IMG/VR virus record: IMGVR_UViG_3300013102_000006
Span: 19,869-83,868 of that record
Direction: 5' to 3' (one strand)
Source: a virus
Lineage: Duplodnaviria > Heunggongvirae > Uroviricota > Caudoviricetes
Length of the DNA: 64,000 nucleotides
Shown here: in pieces, positions 18,902 through 28,546 of the stretch
Numbering within the stretch: the stretch's first letter is position 1
Layout: each line of letters opens with the position of its first letter
The notes under the pieces: model-generated
Told to the model about the DNA's origin: nothing
The model's input: only the letters and a program-made list of their open reading frames with translations
The model's database searches: none
Position numbers and translations under genes: made by a program

Positions 18902-19560
18902 GCATAGTCTGCACGAGCAAAGTAATTGGTATGGTCTTTTAGAATGAAGGTACCATACTTCTGTTGGTCTGTTCGAAGCTCTGGGTCAACATCTTTATTC
19001 AATAGCATCATATGCATCTCAAGTACGCCCTTATTCTGCAGTTCTTTCTGGCGGAAGTTGCTCCTTGCGAGCATTTGGATAGAGTTACGCTCCCAGTCTC
19101 GTTGTCGCCATAGAAATACATTCTGCCATTCGTCTTCAGGTACATTAAATGCTCGAGCATCGAACATGGCAAGATTGACTTTATCATCCATAACCTTACA
19201 TGTCTGCCAAAAATCATTGAAATGCGCTGTAAACATACTTGCAGTAATAGATACGAGCTTATTTATCTCATAATCGTACCAAGCTTCTGTATCAAGCGTA
19301 TCGTAGTCAGTGAGCAGGAAGCTTGCCTCATCAGACTGAACATAAGCCAATTGGAAGCCCTGCATATGCTTAGATGTTTCTCGAGCAGCATATACCATAG
19401 CATCCATAACTGAGCTATCAAATGGCTTATCACAGTTCTTTGTGAACGTATGAAAAGCTTTACCATCTACTCGTATAACTACTGGCGTACGACGCGTTAG
19501 AAGGTGCTTAGGGACAGCCTCATAGCGTTTTACGCGGTCACCCAGTGTGTCTTTATTCAT
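18859..19560 (-). CDS. Thg1-like protein (tRNA-His guanylyltransferase family; 3'-5' nucleotidyltransferase for tRNA 5'-end repair)
   Basis: 233 aa; VVIRVDGKAFHTF matches the Thg1 motif VVVRLDGRNFHRF; AYVQSDEASFLL matches AYGQSDEYSF with the catalytic acidic residues; length fits Thg1-like proteins. Confidence 0.7.
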   Translation of the reverse strand: MNKDTLGDRVKRYEAVPKHLLTRRTPVVIRVDGKAFHTFTKNCDKPFDSSVMDAMVYAARETSKHMQGFQLAYVQSDEASFLLTDYDTLDTEAWYDYEINKLVSITASMFTAHFNDFWQTCKVMDDKVNLAMFDARAFNVPEDEWQNVFLWRQRDWERNSIQMLARSNFRQKELQNKGVLEMHMMLLNKDVDPELRTDQQKYGTFILKDHTNYFARADYAWLTKIANIQKVYE

Positions 19561-19856
19561 TATGCTGCGTCTCCTAACGATGCTTCCATTACTGCTCGTA
19601 TTGCCATATTATGTGATACTATGGCTAATCTCATTTCTTCAAGAGATGGCTTCTCTGGTATTTCTCTAGTGGCGTGGATGTCATTATGTTGTTGTCGGCA
19701 CATCCGTTGCTTGTTTTCAGGAAGCTCCCTAAATTGTTTTTCGATATGAGTTCGATATCTATTCTTTGGATAAAACTCATGATGAACGTCTTCAAAGCAG
19801 CCTACAGTATCGCGTAATCTACACTCTACTTCAGGACCACATTTGCGTTCACTCAT
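19560..19856 (-). CDS. Hypothetical protein
   Basis: 98 aa ORF. Confidence 0.3.
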   Translation of the reverse strand: MSERKCGPEVECRLRDTVGCFEDVHHEFYPKNRYRTHIEKQFRELPENKQRMCRQQHNDIHATREIPEKPSLEEMRLAIVSHNMAIRAVMEASLGDAA

Positions 19857-20118
19857 CGACTTTGTCTGCCTTTATTGCGTTCTTAATGTTCACAAGAATT
19901 TCATATACCTTTTGTGGTTCTTCTCTTATAACATTTGCGATATCCTGGTCGCTCATAGTCCCACCATCTTCGAAGCTAAACTCGCCATATAGATAATCTG
20001 TTAGATATCCTGGAACATCATCTGGATCAATACCGTGCCATTCATCGTTCACTTGTTCAAACATTACAAATCTCCCAAGTAAATCATTTCTTCGTCCCAT
20101 GCCCCAAGAATTTGCCAA
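19849..20118 (-). CDS. Hypothetical protein
   Basis: 89 aa ORF. Confidence 0.3.
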   Translation of the reverse strand: MANSWGMGRRNDLLGRFVMFEQVNDEWHGIDPDDVPGYLTDYLYGEFSFEDGGTMSDQDIANVIREEPQKVYEILVNIKNAIKADKVDE

Positions 20119-20801
20119 AAGAAACCAAATGGAGATTGTGCGAGAAGAATAGGGTCGCGTCGTCGGTCTTTCTCGCCAAAATCTTTCTTATCGGCTATAA
20201 CGTAGAAGATAGGTTCCTTGCTACATAATGCTAGACACATTTCTTTATACCTCTGCATAGCTTCAACCGCTTCATCTGGCATATCAGGAATAAATTCACT
20301 GGCATTCTTGAAGCGAAGATTGTCATGAGCCTTTACTATGTCATTGATCCGTGCAGTACTTGTGTGAGGATATTCTTCAACTACATCAACGAACTCCTCA
20401 ATACGTAGACGGTTACCAAGACGTTCAATCATTGACTCAATCTCGAGCTTTCCGTACTTATTACCCATGTGGTCACCAATCATAAGCTTAAGCTTCTTCT
20501 TAAGAGTTTGTTGCTCTTTTGTAATATATTCAAGCCCCACTTTTATCTCAAAGTGATGGTCTTGTAAAGTATCAAGATTATACAGCTCTTTAGGAGTAAT
20601 ATCTTTTGATTTTTTTACTGACTTCTTACTGACTACTGAATCGCTCCCTGATATAGCGTCTGATATTGTCACATAACTGCTGTATGCATCAGTGCTAGCG
20701 CCGCCATGCTGTTGGAAGTCGTAAAGGTGTGTTTTCCACATCTTATCGCTGTCAGTGAAACCCATCTTCTTTTCGAACAGTTTCTTACCAAATAATCTCA
20801 T
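20064..20801 (-). CDS. Hypothetical protein
   Basis: 245 aa ORF, no motif recognised. Confidence 0.35.
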   Translation of the reverse strand: MRLFGKKLFEKKMGFTDSDKMWKTHLYDFQQHGGASTDAYSSYVTISDAISGSDSVVSKKSVKKSKDITPKELYNLDTLQDHHFEIKVGLEYITKEQQTLKKKLKLMIGDHMGNKYGKLEIESMIERLGNRLRIEEFVDVVEEYPHTSTARINDIVKAHDNLRFKNASEFIPDMPDEAVEAMQRYKEMCLALCSKEPIFYVIADKKDFGEKDRRRDPILLAQSPFGFFWQILGAWDEEMIYLGDL

Positions 20802-20943
20802 ATAATCCCCTAAAAGTTGTTTCTATTTACAATAATAACTCATTAAGATGGTAAAAGCAATACCGTAATCAATGCAATCATAAGAATGACTAGAAAAAGC
20901 CATCCTCTATCCGTCATGTCGTTTTTAACTTGTTTACCCACTG

Positions 20944-21156
20944 TTAGTCCTCGAATGGCCATTTGTTTTGTTTGAAGTCTTCTATAGCGAAGTATGAACC
21001 ACCTCCACCTACCGCTGTCAGAATGAGTGACTTTATGATATCTACAAAACTGTCAGCATGTATTAAGATTACTACGCCTACATTTACAGTTCTGAAGCAG
21101 AAGTATATCAATACTACCGCAATCAATCTTTTCAAGAATGTCTTTAATTTACTCAT
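20944..21156 (-). CDS. Hypothetical membrane protein
   Basis: 70 aa with two hydrophobic helices. Confidence 0.3.
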   Translation of the reverse strand: MSKLKTFLKRLIAVVLIYFCFRTVNVGVVILIHADSFVDIIKSLILTAVGGGGSYFAIEDFKQNKWPFED

Positions 21157-21158
21157 GC

Positions 21159-21386
21159 TTATCCTTTATCAAGTGTTATTTCCCCATTGGCGACCATCTT
21201 ATCGAAATCACTCATTCCGCCTCTGTGAAATATCTTGTTATTCGGTGTGTAATTGGTATCAATATATGATTTTATATAATCGTATATGTCCTGTTCAGTA
21301 GGAACGACAATTGTATCGTACCAGCATTCATGGCTATCAGCATCGCACAGACCAAGCGCATGCAATAGCCAGTCATCTTCATTCAT
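21159..21386 (-). CDS. Hypothetical protein
   Basis: 75 aa ORF. Confidence 0.3.
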   Translation of the reverse strand: MNEDDWLLHALGLCDADSHECWYDTIVVPTEQDIYDYIKSYIDTNYTPNNKIFHRGGMSDFDKMVANGEITLDKG

Positions 21387-21718
21387 AGAGACAACTCCCC
21401 AATCAGCCTTCCATCCTTTGTGTAATAGAATGAAGTGCTCCCCATCGGATGCTCACGGCTTCCATCGCCTTTTTCAACGGTAACTTTCACTACTGTAATA
21501 ATCTCCATCTTAGGAGCATATGGGTTGAACACTGGTTCAATTATTTTAGCTCGACGTGCTACCTCAAACGGGTCATTGTTTGGGTTATATTCTGGTTTGC
21601 TCACTTTTAAAAATCCTTTCAAATACTGCCTGAATGACATTGGTAGTAACAGCATTGCCACACATTTTATATCGTTGTGTATCGCTAATATCCACCATCT
21701 TTGTCCCGCCGCATTCAT
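21383..21718 (-). CDS. Hypothetical protein
   Basis: 111 aa ORF; overlaps the 5' end of the methyltransferase ORF as annotated, so the real methyltransferase start may be an internal Met. Confidence 0.25.
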   Translation of the reverse strand: MNAAGQRWWILAIHNDIKCVAMLLLPMSFRQYLKGFLKVSKPEYNPNNDPFEVARRAKIIEPVFNPYAPKMEIITVVKVTVEKGDGSREHPMGSTSFYYTKDGRLIGELSL

Positions 21719-22775
21719 GAGCTATATCATCATTTTCATCCATATCGAATTGTTCGATACATACATTACAAGACAAGTTCACATCACAACCTTGCATAGT
21801 CCAGTAGTCTGGTAACCCCTGCAGACGTTCACACTCTAGTGGTGTAAGGCGACGTATTCTGACGTCATCGGTCAAAGTATACTGTTGCATACCTGTGTCT
21901 AGTGTCTGCGCAACATCACTCACGCGTCCACGTCTAGTCTTACTGTTCCGTGCTGTGAGATTTATAGAGTTTCCAGGAGTTGCTTCAGCATAACCTTTGC
22001 TAGTTGCCTCTGATATTTTAACAACTGGCTGACCGCTGCCATCTTGACGAGCTCGGGCTGGTAACGTAGGAACTACCCCGGACTTCGACGCTCTAAATCC
22101 ATTACTGTCGCTATATGTACGATATGTACCTACTTCGGGTTGTTCTTCACCATTGACAGTATTTTCTTCTGCTTTTCCAATGATAGGAAATACTTCGGGT
22201 CGGGATGTTCCTCTAAGATGTCCGACAATGATAACCCTTTCACGGTTTTGTGGGACGCCGAAATCCTTGCTGTTAAGCACCTGCCACTGAACGTCGTACC
22301 CCAATTCATATAAGGTAGAGATGATTGTTTTAAAGGTTCTTCCCCCGTCGTGACTGAGAAGTCCTTTGACGTTCTCAAATACGAAAAGACGTGGTTGTTT
22401 TTCCCTGAGAATCCGTGCAAGGTCAAAAAAGAGCGTACCTCTCGTATCAGAAAAACCTCCCCGTTTACCTGCGATACTAAATGCCTGACAAGGGAAGCCA
22501 CCGATGAGGCAGTCAAAGCTGGGTAGCTCTTTTGCGTTGATTTTTGTGATGTCGCCATAGTTTTTGACTCCTTTGAAGTGATATTTATAGACTCTGTCGG
22601 CCCATTTATCAATCTCTGAGTAACCAACACATACTGGAACTGTGATGCGCTCCAACTGGTTGGTATTGTCATCGCTATTGGACTCGTTCTTATTTCGCGA
22701 CGAGAATTCCTCAAAAGCATTTCGTATTCCAACTTCAAATCCTCCTATGCCGCTAAATGTACTGAAATATCTCAT
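21585..22775 (-). CDS. DNA (cytosine-5)-methyltransferase
   Basis: 396 aa; motif I FSGIGGF, motif IV GFPCQAFS (catalytic Cys in PCQ), motif VI VFENVKGLLS, motif VIII VPQNRERVIIVG. Confidence 0.8.
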   Translation of the reverse strand: MRYFSTFSGIGGFEVGIRNAFEEFSSRNKNESNSDDNTNQLERITVPVCVGYSEIDKWADRVYKYHFKGVKNYGDITKINAKELPSFDCLIGGFPCQAFSIAGKRGGFSDTRGTLFFDLARILREKQPRLFVFENVKGLLSHDGGRTFKTIISTLYELGYDVQWQVLNSKDFGVPQNRERVIIVGHLRGTSRPEVFPIIGKAEENTVNGEEQPEVGTYRTYSDSNGFRASKSGVVPTLPARARQDGSGQPVVKISEATSKGYAEATPGNSINLTARNSKTRRGRVSDVAQTLDTGMQQYTLTDDVRIRRLTPLECERLQGLPDYWTMQGCDVNLSCNVCIEQFDMDENDDIAHECGGTKMVDISDTQRYKMCGNAVTTNVIQAVFERIFKSEQTRI

Positions 22776-23092
22776 TGATTGCTATTGCGCTTTCTTTCAT
22801 CATCAATAGCCTCAATAGCATCTACCTGATGAATAATTGTCTCGCCCTCTTGAATTAATTCTTCTTCGAGCCTATCTAGGCATGAAGATATTGCTTCATG
22901 TTTGTTCGCTAGAAAATCTTTCATAAGCTTACTGGCGAACTCTTCAACTCTGTTATTCCATGGTCCGCCATCGGCACTCCTACGGCCACGTGCAATAGCC
23001 TCTCCATCTTGAAAAACAGAAGCCAGTGTGTAATAAACTCTTTCGCGCAGCTCTGCATCTTCTATAATAACCTTAGGCATATGTCCCTCCAT
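22772..23092 (-). CDS. Hypothetical protein
   Basis: 106 aa ORF. Confidence 0.3.
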   Translation of the reverse strand: MEGHMPKVIIEDAELRERVYYTLASVFQDGEAIARGRRSADGGPWNNRVEEFASKLMKDFLANKHEAISSCLDRLEEELIQEGETIIHQVDAIEAIDDERKRNSNQ

Positions 23093-23137
23093 TCGCTATC
23101 CTACATTGTGCACAGTTTGGTAATCCGCAATCAAACA

Positions 23138-23404
23138 TCACAGCTCCTCATCACCTATAGTCTCAACTACTTGCCATAGTTGTGCCCGACGTTCGTTATT
23201 ACTGACGTCTCTAACACCATCATTTCTCATAATCATAAGTGCACCGTGGTCATTCTCTTTAGCGCGCATGTCTGTCATCTCATCAATCCTATGCTTAACA
23301 ATAAACGACATGAGCTCCCTCTTAACAAGTTTAGGGAGATAGGTATATTCGAAGATTGCATCAATGTCTTTTTCTAGATTATCGAGCTTTGGCGTCTTAG
23401 GCAT
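23138..23404 (-). CDS. Hypothetical protein
   Basis: 88 aa ORF. Confidence 0.3.
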   Translation of the reverse strand: MPKTPKLDNLEKDIDAIFEYTYLPKLVKRELMSFIVKHRIDEMTDMRAKENDHGALMIMRNDGVRDVSNNERRAQLWQVVETIGDEEL

Positions 23405-23948
23405 TCTTACGCTCCAATAATTCAGGATTCTGAAACTTATTTCCGATTACTTCGACAATGTAGTAACCGTACTCATCGTTACCATAACCTTTGGCATGGT
23501 TTATTGCTTTCATAGCATAGCTTATGCATCCACCGCATCCATCAACAAACGGCCAGAACCCAGTTCCATCTTCATCTCTACGTACTAGTATCGGACGTCC
23601 TTGCTCACTTTTATCACCAGACTTGATGTTCATGCCAGATATATCACTTGTGTGGACATAATAAACCTGCACAACATCATCTTCATATATTTCCTTGTGG
23701 TTAACATCCTCTAAACCGATATATTGCATAACTTTTAGGGCATCGGGCGCATGAGTTTCATGAAGTAAATACTCATTCAGAATCGACGCCCACTCTCCCA
23801 TTACCATGATCTCGCCAAATAAACTAAAGCCACCGGTTTTCCCTATATCGTAACCTAGTAGCCATTTTTTTGCCTCGTCATCCCATGCCCTGAACTTTAT
23901 CTCGCTCATGTCAGTCACCACCCACACTTTCTGGAACTGGGAACTCAT
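23397..23948 (-). CDS. Hypothetical protein
   Basis: 183 aa ORF. Confidence 0.35.
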   Translation of the reverse strand: MSSQFQKVWVVTDMSEIKFRAWDDEAKKWLLGYDIGKTGGFSLFGEIMVMGEWASILNEYLLHETHAPDALKVMQYIGLEDVNHKEIYEDDVVQVYYVHTSDISGMNIKSGDKSEQGRPILVRRDEDGTGFWPFVDGCGGCISYAMKAINHAKGYGNDEYGYYIVEVIGNKFQNPELLERKNA

Positions 23949-24177
23949 CCCACATTATTTCATCAAACGGTACTTCTATATTTAATAAAGATAGGGCTTC
24001 AAATGGACACTTCTCAACGAGATGTATAGCCCATTCGATAGCCCTAAGCTCATCAATGTCGTATCCAGAGCGCTCTATATCGTTTCTGGTTTTTATTCTT
24101 TCTTTAAGAAAATCAGCTCTACGATTTAACGCAGCTAATCTGCCTTGTAGCTTCTTCATAGTGCTTTTCTTAGCCAT
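23911..24177 (-). CDS. Hypothetical protein
   Basis: 88 aa ORF. Confidence 0.3.
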   Translation of the reverse strand: MAKKSTMKKLQGRLAALNRRADFLKERIKTRNDIERSGYDIDELRAIEWAIHLVEKCPFEALSLLNIEVPFDEIMWDEFPVPESVGGD

Positions 24178-24214
24178 AATCCTAGTATACAGGTTATGGT
24201 TTTATTTGTAAAGA

Positions 24215-24469
24215 CTAAATATTCAGATCTTCTAGCCCGCCAAACTTAGGGATTATATCTTCTAAGTCTTCATCGAAGTTCATCTCAAGGACGCTATTAA
24301 GGCAGTAATATAGGCTATCCTTCTCACCTACTAACCCAAGCTTTGCCAAAGCATGACCATTAAATTTTCCAGCAACTGCAACGAGTGCTAGAACTTCTTT
24401 AAGGTTCATTGTAACGGTAACTTCTTCAATATCTTCCTTGTCGTCGTAACTTACAGCTCGTAGTTTCAT
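24215..24469 (-). CDS. Hypothetical protein
   Basis: 84 aa ORF. Confidence 0.3.
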   Translation of the reverse strand: MKLRAVSYDDKEDIEEVTVTMNLKEVLALVAVAGKFNGHALAKLGLVGEKDSLYYCLNSVLEMNFDEDLEDIIPKFGGLEDLNI

Positions 24470-24471
24470 TA

Positions 24472-24993
24472 TTAAACTTCTCCAAACTCTACAACTTTGC
24501 CACCGTATGTCTTTGCATAGTTCTGAGCACGTTTTTCGCTGCTATATGCACGGATATGTCGACGCCTCCAACCTGGACCTCGTTGGAAGTCACCATCTAG
24601 AACTACCACATACAATTTCATGCCATCAGTAGATGATTTCTTCTGTTCATACTCTTTATCGGCTTTAGGAATAGATGAATCAAGCATTTCACTTAGATTC
24701 GCACCGCCATTGTAGTAGTAGGCATGAATTTTATAATCGGTATCATTTAGACGTTCAGCTTCATTTACATCACCGTAGTCATCTGACTCATCAGGAGCGC
24801 CAGAAACATCAAAGATAGCACCGTTTACTATTGCATAGTCTTCATGGTCAATGTAATGAACGCCTCTTTCATCAACTTCGCACCATTTCGGGTCAATTTT
24901 GCCGTCTGCAACGAGCTTGTCAAAGACTTCTTTTGCATTTTCTTTGGTAGATAGTCGCTTAACTATGCCCCTGTTTCTTTGCATTTCACTCAT
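24472..24993 (-). CDS. Hypothetical protein
   Basis: 173 aa ORF. Confidence 0.35.
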   Translation of the reverse strand: MSEMQRNRGIVKRLSTKENAKEVFDKLVADGKIDPKWCEVDERGVHYIDHEDYAIVNGAIFDVSGAPDESDDYGDVNEAERLNDTDYKIHAYYYNGGANLSEMLDSSIPKADKEYEQKKSSTDGMKLYVVVLDGDFQRGPGWRRRHIRAYSSEKRAQNYAKTYGGKVVEFGEV

Positions 24994-25196
24994 TATAACC
25001 CCTTCCTCTTGAGGATGTCATGCACCCAGTTATATGCTTCTTCGTATGTATTGAAGCTCTTACGACGATTGTAATATTCTTCTGTATTGTAATTATGTGC
25101 AGTAATCGCCCCAGTATATGGCTTAGTGCTATAACCTTCTGGCTTGTATGTCACAGACCACTCGAATACCTGCAGTTTACCGACCATCTTGCTCAT
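24993..25196 (-). CDS. Hypothetical protein
   Basis: 67 aa ORF. Confidence 0.3.
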   Translation of the reverse strand: MSKMVGKLQVFEWSVTYKPEGYSTKPYTGAITAHNYNTEEYYNRRKSFNTYEEAYNWVHDILKRKGL

Positions 25197-25444
25197 TATC
25201 GTCCTGCTTCCTTTGCAGTCAATACGCGCGCTGACTTAGTGTCAGTATCAAATTCGAGTGTGACGTATTCACCATACTCGAACCATTCATCGACTATATT
25301 CTTATACCTATCTTTCCTGACCTCTCGTAGAGCATCTTGCTCGTCTAGGGGTAGGTCGTTGTCGGCTAGCTCTCTATTAATGTGCTCTTCAAGTGCGTCA
25401 CATACTGCATCTGGGTCTTTAAGTGTCACTAGAATCTTTGCCAT
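25196..25444 (-). CDS. Hypothetical protein
   Basis: 82 aa ORF. Confidence 0.3.
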   Translation of the reverse strand: MAKILVTLKDPDAVCDALEEHINRELADNDLPLDEQDALREVRKDRYKNIVDEWFEYGEYVTLEFDTDTKSARVLTAKEAGR

Positions 25445-26778
25445 TATTCGCTCTCCAAAATTTTATCTGATAATTCGTTAATAATAAATGTCTGAAATTC
25501 TCGAGTATTATCGCTATAACCAGACTTCTTGTGAAGCAGCTCTTCAAGGAGTAGCACAGTTTTGTCTCGGCGACTCCAGTTAATGCTGTGATCGCAGAGA
25601 ACAATCAGATTTTCTTCTGAATCAAATTTACCAAGAATATCATCATCTTTAAACTTACCTAGCTTAATATTCTCAAATGGGAAGGTGAATCCAGCCTTAC
25701 TGAGCCTTTCATACACTTCTTTGTAGTCGCTGTCTGGTTCTCCAGTGAGCCTATATGCATTCTTAGATGTAGAACCTGCTATATCAAGCTCATCTCCGAA
25801 CTGTTCCTTGAGTAACTTAATCATCTTTGATGGAAGTCCTATGGTCTTCGCAGTGACGCCATAGAACCCAGTCAGGTCAATCGGTACAATCCTCTTTTTC
25901 TTTAGCTGATTTAACCACTCATCACTGAATCTTCCTTTTGTGACAGCATCATAGTTGTATCCAAAAAAGTCGCTGGTCATAATGTACGACCATGTAGTGT
26001 CATTATACTCAATGTTCTTATATTCTTTCCAACTGTCAATGAACTTCTTAATCACATTCTTGTTGGTGCTGAACATTAAGGCCTCGCCAATCATCTGTTG
26101 AGCCTTCCAAGACTCGCGCATTACTCGGCTCTCATTTATCTCGATGTCAGTAAAATCGTAATCAAATAGTGACTTTGCAGATTTGATCTCTCCAACTCGA
26201 ATACCTCGCCTAAAGAATACTGGATACTCGATAAGTCGCTTAGAGAATATCTTGTATGACCTTTTCCTATCAAATGAACCTGTGAGTGATGTCTCATCAA
26301 CTACAGGACGCTTAAAGCTGAAGTAGTCTTGCCAGTTCTTTGTAACATCCCCGAGCTTATCGCTCATCTCGATATAGATTTTCGTCGCACCTTTATCAGG
26401 TGACATATCAGATACTAGCTCCATTGAGCCGCCTTCGTCTATGGTATTGCTATAGATTTCTCGAATAGCGAACCACGGCTCCCAATCTGGACCAGCTTGC
26501 GTTGTTAGTGATGTCTTCTCCCCATCAACAGTGATAACATCAAAGGTAGCACCACTGAAGTTCTGTTGAATAAGACCGAATTTAACTTCTTTTTTACCAG
26601 CGTATACTTTGAAATCGATTCCTTCGCGTAGCATAAGCGCTGTGGCATACTTTAGACCGCTTCCAAAGAACCCAATCTTATCAGTTGCGTCTCGTTTACT
26701 AGATGCGCCGAGGAGCTTAAATGCATTGAGGTCAATCTCACCCTTGTTTGCAAACTCCATATACATTTGGTTACTCAT
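25444..26778 (-). CDS. Hypothetical 444-aa protein, possibly nucleotide-binding
   Basis: Largest early-region ORF; Gly-rich segment DKIGFFGSGLKYATALML faintly resembles a GHKL G2-box; no firm assignment. Confidence 0.35.
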   Translation of the reverse strand: MSNQMYMEFANKGEIDLNAFKLLGASSKRDATDKIGFFGSGLKYATALMLREGIDFKVYAGKKEVKFGLIQQNFSGATFDVITVDGEKTSLTTQAGPDWEPWFAIREIYSNTIDEGGSMELVSDMSPDKGATKIYIEMSDKLGDVTKNWQDYFSFKRPVVDETSLTGSFDRKRSYKIFSKRLIEYPVFFRRGIRVGEIKSAKSLFDYDFTDIEINESRVMRESWKAQQMIGEALMFSTNKNVIKKFIDSWKEYKNIEYNDTTWSYIMTSDFFGYNYDAVTKGRFSDEWLNQLKKKRIVPIDLTGFYGVTAKTIGLPSKMIKLLKEQFGDELDIAGSTSKNAYRLTGEPDSDYKEVYERLSKAGFTFPFENIKLGKFKDDDILGKFDSEENLIVLCDHSINWSRRDKTVLLLEELLHKKSGYSDNTREFQTFIINELSDKILESE

Positions 26779-27202
26779 TTAGATACTCCGTTACTTTCTT
26801 TGCTATTTGCTTAGTGATACCCTTCTTCCATTCAGTTTTGAATAGAGGTTGGTCTTTATAGAAATCTGATTCGTCGTCTAGAATTGCATATTTAGTTATT
26901 TCTGGATGCTCCTTTATATAAGCTTTTACTTCATCACCTCTAGATTTATCGGGAATGTTCGGTGTTTTACCATAAATGTCTGGGTACACAGCACTTTTGA
27001 TTTGCTTCATGCCTTCTGGATGGTTTCTCCACGATGATGAAATAACCAGCACGCATCCCGTGTCAAGGATTATCTTTCCTACCGTAAATGCCATCTGTGG
27101 GTCTATTCCAAGGCTAGTGCCTATCTTCTTTTTAAGGTATTGCCTAACGAGAGATTCTTCGCTGTTACAAACGCCATCAATGTCTAAGAAAAGCGCCTTC
27201 AT
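26771..27202 (-). CDS. HAD-superfamily phosphatase (small, 5'-nucleotidase-like)
   Basis: 143 aa; N-terminal MKALFLDIDGVCN is the HAD DxDG motif I; a downstream ILDDESDF acidic motif. Confidence 0.5.
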   Translation of the reverse strand: MKALFLDIDGVCNSEESLVRQYLKKKIGTSLGIDPQMAFTVGKIILDTGCVLVISSSWRNHPEGMKQIKSAVYPDIYGKTPNIPDKSRGDEVKAYIKEHPEITKYAILDDESDFYKDQPLFKTEWKKGITKQIAKKVTEYLNE

Positions 27203-27204
27203 AT

Positions 27205-27495
27205 TTAATTATTAATCATCTTCCCGAGCTTTTCTATAATCTCCTGTTCACCCTTAGTTGGGTTATCACCAGCAACTTCTCGTAATAATGTGTAGGCATA
27301 GAATTGTTTAACAGCAGATTTACTTGTCGGAATGGGTGCTTTTGTATCAGTAATGAATAGCTTCATTGTTCGCTCATTATCCTGCGAACTTGTCTCAAGC
27401 TTAAGGTTGTTCCCATGCTTAACAAATACTCTTCCCTTCCCACTTGACGTGTGATCGATTACCTCGAATCTTGTCACTTTTGTTAGTTCTAGCAT
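27205..27495 (-). CDS. Hypothetical protein
   Basis: 96 aa ORF. Confidence 0.3.
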   Translation of the reverse strand: MLELTKVTRFEVIDHTSSGKGRVFVKHGNNLKLETSSQDNERTMKLFITDTKAPIPTSKSAVKQFYAYTLLREVAGDNPTKGEQEIIEKLGKMINN

Positions 27496-27806
27496 ATTTT
27501 GCCCTCTCTTAGTAATTTACTTACCTGCTTGTTATCAAACTGCTGACTCATACTTCTATACTTTGCATTTTGGTATACACCATCGATGTTAATCACGTTA
27601 TATCGCATACGAGGCGTCCATATGTCTACTATTATTACGCCAGTTATGACTCTCGCCTGGTATTCGTTCATCCACGCTATTTCATAATCGTTTTGCGTGC
27701 ACAATCGTTCTAAAGCTGCTTTGTTCTGGTCGTGATACGTTACTTTCTTCCTCGTCATCGAGTTCAAGCTCCTCCTGATTACGCTTGATGTACTGCTTAG
27801 CTGCAT
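27489..27806 (-). CDS. Hypothetical protein (start uncertain)
   Basis: 105 aa ORF overlapping the upstream ORF by 125 nt; the true start is probably an internal Met (MNEYQ..., near 27671). Confidence 0.25.
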   Translation of the reverse strand: MQLSSTSSVIRRSLNSMTRKKVTYHDQNKAALERLCTQNDYEIAWMNEYQARVITGVIIVDIWTPRMRYNVINIDGVYQNAKYRSMSQQFDNKQVSKLLREGKIC

Positions 27807-27939
27807 ATTTAGAAGCCTGTTTAGTCCTTACCCCGCCACGCCATGTGTCATATACTACATGGATAATTCTCATACCGTCGTCACTCATTTCGACCATTTC
27901 TCGATATTCGTACCTTAGTCGTTTTGTCATATTAGTCAT
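27682..27939 (-). CDS. Hypothetical protein
   Basis: 85 aa ORF. Confidence 0.3.
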   Translation of the reverse strand: MTNMTKRLRYEYREMVEMSDDGMRIIHVVYDTWRGGVRTKQASKYAAKQYIKRNQEELELDDEEESNVSRPEQSSFRTIVHAKRL

Positions 27940-28279
27940 TCCTAATTTCTACTAACTTGCCAGTTGATGTCTCGAATTTATAGAATGTCGGATGGTGCTT
28001 TTTCTTAGTACTTAAGGTGAAATAGTCTTTATCCATACGAACTGTGCCTCGCAACGACTTTACATCAGGCTTTACCTGTGAGGCTACGATTTCACTGAGC
28101 ATTATGAGATCGCTTTCTTTCTCTTTATCGGTATCACATACCTTCACGGTTACACGAGTTGGTGTAATTGTAAATCTAGAGTTCGTATTACCATTATCCA
28201 TTACCACTTCATGCGTTCGCTCTACCATCTTAGGTTCATAACAATCGCATTCGCTGTGATCTACTAAGCATTTACTCAT
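27932..28279 (-). CDS. Hypothetical protein
   Basis: 115 aa ORF. Confidence 0.3.
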   Translation of the reverse strand: MSKCLVDHSECDCYEPKMVERTHEVVMDNGNTNSRFTITPTRVTVKVCDTDKEKESDLIMLSEIVASQVKPDVKSLRGTVRMDKDYFTLSTKKKHHPTFYKFETSTGKLVEIRND

Positions 28280-28514
28280 TCCACGCTACTCCAAAATAGG
28301 CTTGGTACTGTCCAGGAGTCATTCCCGTGAGCTGCATACAAGCTTCATCAATAGTCATTTCGGTTGGCGTCTTAGTCTTCACTTCAATAACTTGCTCTTG
28401 ATTAACAGGAACCATTTTAAAAGCTGGCTCTTTACCGTGGATTTTTGCTAGAATTCTATTCGTGTGAGATATAAACTTCTCTTGTGTTGGATATTCGATA
28501 TTGATTGATGTCAT
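28272..28514 (-). CDS. Hypothetical protein
   Basis: 80 aa ORF; first gene after the promoter at 28547-28574. Confidence 0.3.
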   Translation of the reverse strand: MTSINIEYPTQEKFISHTNRILAKIHGKEPAFKMVPVNQEQVIEVKTKTPTEMTIDEACMQLTGMTPGQYQAYFGVAWNE

Positions 28515-28546
28515 ATGCGTTCCTTTCGTTCCTGTCTTATATTTCT

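Noticed and set aside
19008-19466. ORFs 19008..19217, 19263..19466 and plus-strand 18926..19273, 19222..19413 overlapping the Thg1-like gene
   Set aside because: The Thg1 frame carries both family signatures; the others are out-of-frame or antisense overlaps.
22130-22738. 202-aa ORF in another frame inside the C5-methyltransferase gene
   Set aside because: The methyltransferase frame contains motifs I, IV, VI and VIII in the correct order; the overlapping frame has no features.
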